Source: the human T2T-CHM13v2.0 reference genome, Homo sapiens. From it: 64,000 bases of DNA. Below, in pieces: positions 53,763-64,000 of the stretch (positions are counted from its first letter, which is position 1; each line of letters starts with the position of its first letter). Below the pieces are notes generated by a model that worked only from the letters and a program-made list of their open reading frames with translations, was not told the DNA's origin and did not search any database. Position numbers and translations under genes: made by a program. Location of the stretch: assembly GCF_009914755.1 (NCBI RefSeq), contig NC_060925.1. One strand, 5' to 3'.

Positions 53763-53903
53763 TTTTTACATTTTTTATTTTTTGCAGAGACAGAGTTTCA
53801 CTATGTTGCCCAGGCTCGTCTTGAACTCCTGGTCTCAAACCATCCTCCTGCCTCAGCCTTCTAAAGTTCTGGGATTACAGGCATAAGCCACCAGCACCCA
53901 GTC
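53763..53903 (-). mobile_element. FLAM / free left Alu monomer
   Basis: Single left arm only: ttttgcagagacagagtttcactatgttgcccagg...gccaccagcacccag. Confidence 0.88.
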
Positions 53904-54933
53904 TCCCCTTCCTAAGTAATAAGTAATAAGCCAAGTCTACATCACCTATTATAAGGAGTTGGCCCCAAAGACACTCTGTAAAATTTTTGTGGTTGGTGAA
54001 GGTAACCCAGGGAGAAAATAATGGGAAACCTATCCTTAGCTGTCTCTTTAGACATTAAAAAATATATTTTTAAAACAGAGCCTGCTGTTCATTTGCAGAA
54101 AAGCCTGCCCAGCTCCCAAAATTCTTCAAAACACTTCTGTTCAGTTCCATCCAGATGTCTTACTTATTACTAATCTAAAATTAAGTGCAGTGTTTTGGAG
54201 GTGAGAATGACACTTTTGTTCGTTTTTTAAAGAAGATATTTGAGTATTCCTCTTCTCTATAACCATAAACCTTTCAAATATAAATCTTGAGTTAAAAGAT
54301 AAACTATCCCTAAAAAGTATTCCAAAGGATTTCCACTTAAATTCAATAATTTTTACACTTAACCTTCATTTCTTTGGATTTTCCCAAAAGGTTTGCACAT
54401 CTTTTCCAGCCCTACCCTCAGCCCCCGACTCTCCCAGCCATCAGTATACGCCTTAGCAGGCAGTTCTTTCTAAAGGCAGGTCAAGCAGGAAACACTTCCA
54501 TCAACTCAGCAGGAAACTGGTGGATACGTCTCCTCCTTCCTTCTTTGACCACTATTCCCTGCCCTCACAACCCACCCCAGCCACGGAAAATCCAGCATCA
54601 TTGTGGCAAGAGATAGACAGTGATGAGCTGGCTATGGAGGAATAATTCAGGGAAAAGTTATGGGAAGTTTGGGAGCACCATATTAACAGGTAGTCATTCT
54701 GAAATCTGGCTGGACTGAACCCTCAGATGGAATGAGGGGCCACCAGCAGAGCCAGTCACTCAGCACTCTGAGCATCTTGTGCCTTTGTTGAGAAATATGA
54801 CAAATACAGTCATAAATTTAAATCCTAAAACTTCAACTTTGCAAGAAGCTTACCTCAATTCTGTTGAGTTTTACAACTGTTGAGCACCAAGTGCCCAGTG
54901 CTATTGCTAAATAATGTAAAGATAAATTTTTAA

Positions 54934-54955
54934 AATATATATATATATATATATA
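54934..54955. repeat. (AT)n microsatellite
   Basis: atatatatatatatatatatat. Confidence 0.9.
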
Positions 54956-55019
54956 AAGTTTTTTCCCCTGTGGGAACTAAGAAATCCCAGCCCATTGTTC
55001 TAAGAAACATTCTTCCTCA

Positions 55020-56140
55020 GAGGATAACATCAAGGAAACAATTTAGAAAATTTCCCATATTGAGTTTCCCTGAGTTTTCCAGATGAAGAGCCCATAGGGT
55101 GCTCAGAACAGTGGAGGAAAATAAAACAACACAAAGCACATCCTGGTAAAATTTCAGAACACTGGGGACTAAGAGAAGATCCTTAACTCTTCTAGGGGTG
55201 GGGGAAAGCATGTCCCTTTAAAAGCATCAGGAATCAGTTTAGCATTGTAGGACAAGTTGTAATGCATTGAAATACTGAGGAGAAAAATATTTCCAACACA
55301 GAATTCTCCACCCAGCAAAACTATCAAAGACACATGAAGGTAAAGATATATTTAGACATTCGAAGTCTCAAAATATTCCTTTTCTGCACCTTTCTCAGGA
55401 AATTTCTAGATCAAGGAAAAGGAAGAAAATGGATCCATGAAAAGGAGGCTCTAACTCAAGAGGAACACAAAGGGAATCCCCAACATGCTGAAGAAAAAAA
55501 AAATCCAGGATGACCATTCTGTTGCAGCCCAGAATGGAGCAGGTCAGGAGGCTCTCGGAGAGCTGTCTCCCAGGAGAAGAAACGGACAGAATTCCTGCTG
55601 TGTGTGAGGGAGATTTAGACAATGGGGAGAGGAGTTGGAGGATGAATTAGTGATGACCACATAGAAAAGCTAAGCAAAGCAAAGCATGAGATAATTATTA
55701 ACTCCAGGAAAACAAACAGTTGCACAAGAAAAGAGACATAATCACGATATACTACATGGCTCACATGCGATTAGCATTCATATAGGCAAAATCATGTAAA
55801 TGCTGGGTTCAGAGCTAAGTGAAAGTATGATTCAACCATACTGTGAGGATGCAGGTGGGTGGGCAGAAAGCAATATGTGTGTTACAGTGGAGGTGGACAG
55901 TTAAAGAGAGATAAACCTTTGTCTTCCATGGTGAGAATTCATTGGATAATCCCTAAAACTGAAAAATTAAGAAATGAGAGCAGAAAAGCCAGACTAGTTG
56001 GAAATGTTTGTTGCTAGGGAATGGCAAATGGAGATATAAGTAGGCAAGGCATTGGTGGTTTTTGTTATAAGCATTGCAGAACCACTTGACTTTTAAACTA
56101 TGTGCATATATATCTTTGTTAAATTTTTTTAATGTAAAGA
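55020..56140 (+). mobile_element. Old L1ME fragments
   Basis: gaaaatttcccatattga, gaaatttcagaacactgggg-like, agaattctccacccagcaaaactatcaa, tttttaaactatgtgcatatat. Confidence 0.65.
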
Positions 56141-56204
56141 CCCATCATCTTCTAAGAAGTTTCCATCTTTCATGGCCCAGAACCACTGTTACGTTTTTAG
56201 AAAG

Positions 56205-56440
56205 ACCATATAAAGTAGCAGTTAAAGCATGAGCTTTGAGTCAGACATATCTGGGCTCAAATCCTGGAGCTGCCATCCACTAATTATGACCTTAGGCAAG
56301 CTACTTAATATTTCTGAGCCACAATTTTTTCATCTGTAAAATGAGGATAGTAGTAATAATAGCACCTATCTTATCTGGTATGATAAAGATAAAATTATAA
56401 CAAGCATATAAAAAGCAATAAATGTTAGATATTATTATTG
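56205..56440 (+). mobile_element. MIR
   Basis: gagctttgagtcagacatatctgggctcaaatcct...tgaccttaggcaag...catctgtaaaatgaggatag. Confidence 0.85.
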
Positions 56441-56713
56441 CCATCAACAGGTAAGTATGTAAATCAATAGAACAGATCAGGTTAAGAGAAACAGATATAG
56501 CCCAAGCTGTGAATCTGTCTGCCTGTTACCCTTCGTAATTCAGCAGCTAGCATGTTGTCTGACACATAGAAAGGGCTCACTTGTAAATATTTGTAGAATG
56601 AATGAATGCGTGCCCCAAGCGTCTCTGGATATTCTAGAACTAGTTCAACCATAGGAAGAGGAAACCCAGTGAACCCTGAACTCAAAGACTGAGTAACTGG
56701 GGCAGAGGCTTTC

Positions 56714-56752
56714 ATACTAAGGAATGAAAATGTGACTTTCATTCCTTAGTAT
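56714..56752. repeat. Perfect 16-bp inverted repeat with 7-nt spacer
   Basis: atactaaggaatgaaa-atgtgac-tttcattccttagtat. Confidence 0.95.
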
Positions 56753-56756
56753 TTGA

Positions 56757-57139
<383 letters not shown>

Positions 57140-57527
57140 TTGTACTTCTTATCTACTGCTATTAGGATTTCCTCCAGTACTGCTTCTACCCTAGCCACTT
57201 AATCTTTTCCTGGCCCATCAAAGGTAAACTCATCTCACTGCTGAGCAAGCCTGTTCTGACATACCATCTCTGGCTGTCAGAGCCAGTTGTGATGCGGTCA
57301 ACATATTGGGAAGATGAGCAATTCCAGGGAAAGTGGGCATCAGACTGGTGCCACTGAGGGACTTCTGGATGAGCCAAGGGCTGATGCGTACCCCAACAGA
57401 TGTTAGACAAATGTCCTCTGGATGTTTTGGGCTGAATCAAATAATCCAGGGGCTTTTCCCCAAAGTATAACTAAATGATTTGATTCCTTGAATCTTGTAC
57501 TAATTTATTTATCTATTGAAACATCTC

Positions 57528-57808
<281 letters not shown>

Positions 57809-58072
57809 GGATATAAATATTCCTTAGCAAAGGGCTTCAACATGTGAATTGGGAAGAAGATAAAATTCCATAACACCTGTTTTTTCCCCACACAACTGAG
57901 ACAAGCAACATATGAAGAAGGAAAGTCATTTCACTCCCAGGAAGCAGGGAGAAAACTTTAAGCATTATTGTGTGAACATCTGGAGTCTGTGTAACAAATG
58001 GCAAGAAGTGCCATGCCCAGTGGTTTGTAACCAGATCCTGGAAGATGAAGAATTGCAATGTGAGTTTGTAGA

Positions 58073-58436
58073 CCAGAAATGGCAAGCTCAAAAGTTGATG
58101 AGGTGCAGGCAGGCACTGTAAATGCAAAAGCTGGAAGGGTAATGTAGGTGCACATGTAGACATTGAGGATGTGATGGAGACACTGACAGGATGCTCGGCA
58201 AATGGAAAGGCAATGCCCTTTCTAAAGGGGGAAAGAGCTACTCAGCTCCAGACAGGCCAAATGTTGCCCATTATTACCAAATCTTGATATGCTTCCAAAG
58301 AAACCAAAATCTAGACTTGTATGTAACCCTCGGATATTTAAACAATAGATTTTTAAAATTTTTAAATGCTATCCAAGTCCATTAAAACTCATTTACTGAC
58401 CAAACTTGAATCACAAACCGTGAGTTTTAATCTTGC
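58073..58436. mobile_element. MER103-like hAT-Charlie element
   Basis: cagaaatggcaagctcaaa...ctcagctccag...aaagaaaccaaaatctagacttgtatgtaa. Confidence 0.6.
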
Positions 58437-58474
58437 TCCAGGTGTTTCTAGACTAGAAAGTAACAAGAAGGAAG

Positions 58475-58845
58475 GCAACAAATATTCATATGGATTGATC
58501 ATGTATACCCTGCCCTGTATTAGGAACTGAACATATGTGTTTAAAACGCATTTATACCTAGTATTCCATTATTGGAGTGCTAAGCATGTAGGAGTTCTTG
58601 ATATCCTACTGCTGAAGGTCATTGCCAAGGTTTGATTGCAAAAATTCAAAAAAGGGCAACCTCAGGCATAAATGGGCTAAGCCTCACAATCCTAGGAGGG
58701 AGGCAGTATTATCCCCTGTTCTTATGGATGAGAAAACTGAGGCTTATATAGTGGACTGCACACCCAAGGTTACTTGGCCAGTCAAGGGCAGAGCCGGATT
58801 CAAACCAGGGTGAATCTGCTGCCAGCCCATGTGCTTCCACACCAC
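58475..58845 (-). mobile_element. MIR, antisense, split by MER85
   Basis: cctcacaatcctaggagg...gatgagaaaactgaggc...ggattcaaaccaggg. Confidence 0.75.
58547..58676 (+). mobile_element. MER85 piggyBac (PGBD3-related) MITE
   Basis: TIRs cgcatttatacct / aggcataaatggg, internal ttccattattgga palindrome, gattgcaaaaattcaaaaaa; degenerate TTAA flanks. Confidence 0.88.
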
Positions 58846-58873
58846 CATTCCACCCTCCTTCCACTCTCCATGT

Positions 58874-59807
<934 letters not shown>

Positions 59808-60239
59808 AGAGAGAAGTAATGAAGGCCTAAACACGTCTTCAGAAGTGTGGCTTCTTCCAATTTTGCATTTACTAATTATTCCCCCAGCCGCCCACAAAGA
59901 AAAAAAAAAGGAAGGAGGAAAGAGAGAAACGGAATTTACAGTACCCTGATGAGTAAAACATGCCCTTAGATGTGAATGTTAGGCTTTCACTTCTAGGGAT
60001 TTGTGGGGTTTAGTTAATTTGCTTTTGCTTTCTCTGCAGATTATTAAAAGATAACTGGTGCTGTCTTCCCAGCCCAGCTTCAGACTCCGTCTCAAGAATA
60101 AGGAAGCAGAGAAGTTACCGTCAGCCAAGTCTCAACTAAACATGGACCCAACTTCATACAAGCAAATGGCATTCCACATTCACCAAGCACCCTCCTTGGG
60201 CTAGGCACTGCATCATATGGGAGGCGAGAGAAAGGGACA

Positions 60240-60900
60240 GCAGCTTGGCCCAAGCTGGCCACGTGGCGCAATGCTGCAGGCTCTTCCCTTCCTCCATCCT
60301 TCCTGGTTTCCCACACTGATAGGGAGCAAAATTCGTCTCTCCAGTTCTCCCGTTTCTTCCTCCCTCCTCCTCACCCTCCTCGTTAGTTAGGAGCTGCGAC
60401 GCCTGGCTCTGGGGAGGCGCTGGCACTGAGTGTTTTACAGCTCTTTAATTCTGCCTTATTATCCTCTGTTCCTACAACCAAGGTCTTTGACTGCTGCTTT
60501 CATTGTGTTGTCAGGTTTCTCTTTGATGCCTAAATTAATACTAATGGGAAGCCCTCTCAGCTGTTTGCTTACTTTTCCTTCTGCTCAGTTTCTCCCAGTT
60601 GAATATTCCCCAGTCCGTGCTGTGCACTGATCTGTCAGCCCTTTCTCGGATCCACTTTAAAAGAAGCCTGAGTATCTTACACACGGTTAGCCACTCTCGA
60701 GCGGGGTAATTCAGACGGTGAGTAGGGAAGAAGATTGTATGGAAATCTGCCTGTTTTCCCATCCGGTCGCCGCCCGCTTGAAACTGCAGAGCATTGGCTC
60801 AGCCTCTTCGTCACTTGGGCGGAATGATTCTGCCCCACACACTTGTTAGTGTTTCTTATTCGACGATTCTTCTAGGGGCCAATCCCTGCCATTTGCGGGG
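60240..60900. promoter_or_regulatory. Candidate enhancer or weak promoter (CpG-retaining unique DNA)
   Basis: About 23 CpG in 660 bp (hand count); palindromic E-box GCCACGTGGC; SOX CATTGT, TCF CTTTGAT, ATTAAT and CAGCTG motifs clustered at 60430-60570. Confidence 0.45.
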
Positions 60901-61204
60901 CTCATGAAAGGCTCTCCTGCCCCCACTTTCTTTCATGGCCTGTTAATATCTAATATTTCAGCTCTTCAGAAGTTGTTCCTATAGGTTTTTTCAGGGTCGA
61001 ACCAAAGGAAGAATCACAAACAACTCTGAGAGGTTTTGCATACTAAAGCAATGATTATTAGTACCCATTTGAACTGGGGACAGATAGCTGACAGCAAGAC
61101 TGAGACAGAGAGTTCTCAGGCTAGGGTGAGTGGGTGAGGAACCACATACCTCTTCCCAACTTTGCCTAGGAGCAGCTGTGATTTTAAGGAAAAAGAAATG
61201 TTAG

Positions 61205-61651
<447 letters not shown>

Positions 61652-61752
61652 TCACCAATCTTAAATAACTTCTAGGTTCAGAATACAAGCCACCACAGAG
61701 ACCTACAAAGAACACAAACATACAGGTCTTGTCTTTAAAAACTTATAGTTTA

Positions 61753-62118
<366 letters not shown>

Positions 62119-62252
62119 TTATACGTATACACCCATATATAGCAATACAAATTTTATATATCTATTCTCCCCATATGTGTCTCTTCAACCCTTAGACTAT
62201 AAAATCTTATACATATACATACACATAATGCTCAATTCATAGAAACAAGTAA

Positions 62253-62468
62253 AGCTGCTCCTCAACTTACAATGCAGTTACATCCTGATAAACCCATCAT
62301 AGGTTGAAAATCTCATAAGTCAAAAGTGCTTTTTCAATTTATATTTTCAATTTACAATGGATTTATCCAGACGTAGCCCCATCATTAAGCCAAGATTGCA
62401 TATGGCTTTTGCACCACTGCAAAGTTGAAAAATTGTAAGTTGAACCATGGTAAGTCAAGGACCATGTG
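62253..62468. mobile_element. MER47/Tigger5-like TcMar MITE
   Basis: gctgctcctcaacttacaatg...gataaacccatc; right end taagttgaaccatggtaagtcaaggaccatgtg plus TA. Confidence 0.78.
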
Positions 62469-63224
62469 TACAAATTAATAACCTCTCATTGCTGAACAGG
62501 CAAAGTCTGAATCCCATGGGCTAGAGGAGCTACCCACTACGCCATTCCCCTCTTAGTTTTCTTTAATAGCCTCAACTCAGGAAATTTTTCTCCTTTTCTT
62601 CGTTTTGTTATTGCTTCTCCTCCATCTCTTCCATTGTTTCCTCTTATACTCCTCACAGTCTCATATTAGCCATCCAGGATTTATTCACTAATGCTTTTTT
62701 CTTTTCCCCACTATTTTCCTCCCTTTGGTTGGTTGGTTGACTTTTTCTTTTTCCTTTAAGAGTATTTTTTTCTACTTGGTCTTCCAAATTATTAACTTGA
62801 ATTTCTCAAATCATAGCCTTTAATTGCAAAGTCTTCTTTGAACTGTCCTTGAATTCCCTTAAGTCACCTTATTTTCCTTAATTAAAGTTGACAAATATCT
62901 CCCAGGCCGCTCCACTTTATTCAGATTGTTCTCTTTGATCTTCACTTACTTGGCTGAAGGGTGTTCTTGTATGTGTTGTTATTGTTACTTGCCTGCTTTT
63001 AGGGGCCTCACCCAGTTGTTAGAATCGCCATGGAGCCCAAGTTTTTAATTGCTCTGAGCTGCCTGCCAGCCCCCCAGCTGCTGGGCTCAGGACAGACAAC
63101 AAGTTTAGAGCTGGGAATGGAGGGGGAGTGGGATGGAGTCAGGTTGCCATCTGCCTCAAATCCCTGAGAAACCTTTGGGAATTGAGCATTTAAATCACAC
63201 TCCACTGTATTTTCAAGAATCCCA

Positions 63225-63390
63225 CATTTAGAGTCAATGACCTGGATTCCAGTGTGGTGTCTTATTCACCATCTGAGTGATCTTGAGCACGTATAATGTG
63301 AGGTTCCTCTTCCTCGAGCAAAAATTGAGGATTTGCAATATTGCCCTCCATGCCTCCCCAGGATTTGTTGTGAGGATCAAGTAAAACGAT
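63225..63390 (+). mobile_element. MIR fragment
   Basis: agagtcaatgacctggattcc...gttgtgaggatcaagtaa. Confidence 0.55.
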
Positions 63391-63795
63391 ACCTCAGTGC
63401 CAAACACTGGTGTGTTTATGGTGGCTATGGTTCCTAATCCTAGCTTCTATTCTTTCTTTGGCTAAAGTAATAGAAATGGAAAAAGAATGCACATGAAAAA
63501 AAAATTGTGAAATATATACAGTTGCTAGAGCCCAACAGAGAAATGCCTACAAACAGAACAATTCTAGAAGATTTTCAAGAAAACTATACATTTATTGTTT
63601 AACCCAGACTACAGATAGGGAGAAGGAAGAAGGGCCACTGCAAACACACACCAGTGCCTGCTCCCTGGCTAACTACCAAGCAGGAGTGGAGAGAGCAAGA
63701 GAGGAAGAGGAGGTAGGGGAGAGGAGAGGAAGTGATTAAGCACAGCAGTTTGAGATCAGAGAGACATGCTGGAGACCCCCTTCACCAGTCTCCAA

Positions 63796-64000
63796 TGACA
63801 AAATGAAAACTTTAGTCAAAATCAGTTTAACAAAGTGTATTTGTTAAATTTTATTTGATCAAAGAGCGATTCACGAAGAGGCAGCACTCAGGACCAGAAG
63901 AGGTTCAGAGAACTCTACTCCAAACTGTGGGCATTGAGTACTCACAGGCAGGAAAAGGCTGAAGAGAGCAGAAACAAAGAACACCAAGTGGATCTGTCAT
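63796..64000 (-). mobile_element. ERV1-class LTR (MER4 group), runs off the window
   Basis: tttatttgatcaaagagcgattcacgaa...ggcagcactcaggaccagaagaggttcagagaactc. Confidence 0.6.

Noticed and set aside
63110-63140. Possible G-quadruplex
   Set aside because: Only three G3+ runs within range

Overview
This is catarrhine-primate (most likely human) intergenic or deep-intronic DNA. I find no supportable protein-coding exon, RNA gene or CRISPR-like array. The listed ORFs are chance ORFs or translations of Alu, L1 and simple repeats. The window is dominated by interspersed repeats: 18 Alu/FLAM copies, old L1M fragments, L2 and MIR, MaLR/ERV LTRs, and hAT/Tigger/piggyBac DNA-transposon relics. Highlights: (1) a TSD-flanked composite insertion at 19351-19872, where a 3'-truncated AluY is fused to an inverted ~235-bp copy of sequence lying about 0.9 kb downstream, suggesting template switching during insertion; (2) a fossil hAT/Tip100-type (Zaphod-like) transposase on the minus strand at ~7500-11570, with motifs still readable and split by a two-LTR MLT1 element and Alus; (3) an orphan CpG island at ~22680-23300 beside a repeat-free AT-rich block; (4) a full-consensus CTCF core next to a long (CA)n; (5) a CpG-retaining enhancer/lncRNA-exon-like region at ~60240-60900. 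Repeat family names come from recalled consensus sequences, boundaries of old repeats are approximate, and I cannot identify the locus. Nothing here amounts to a demonstrably new biological system. The composite insertion is the most unusual structure.
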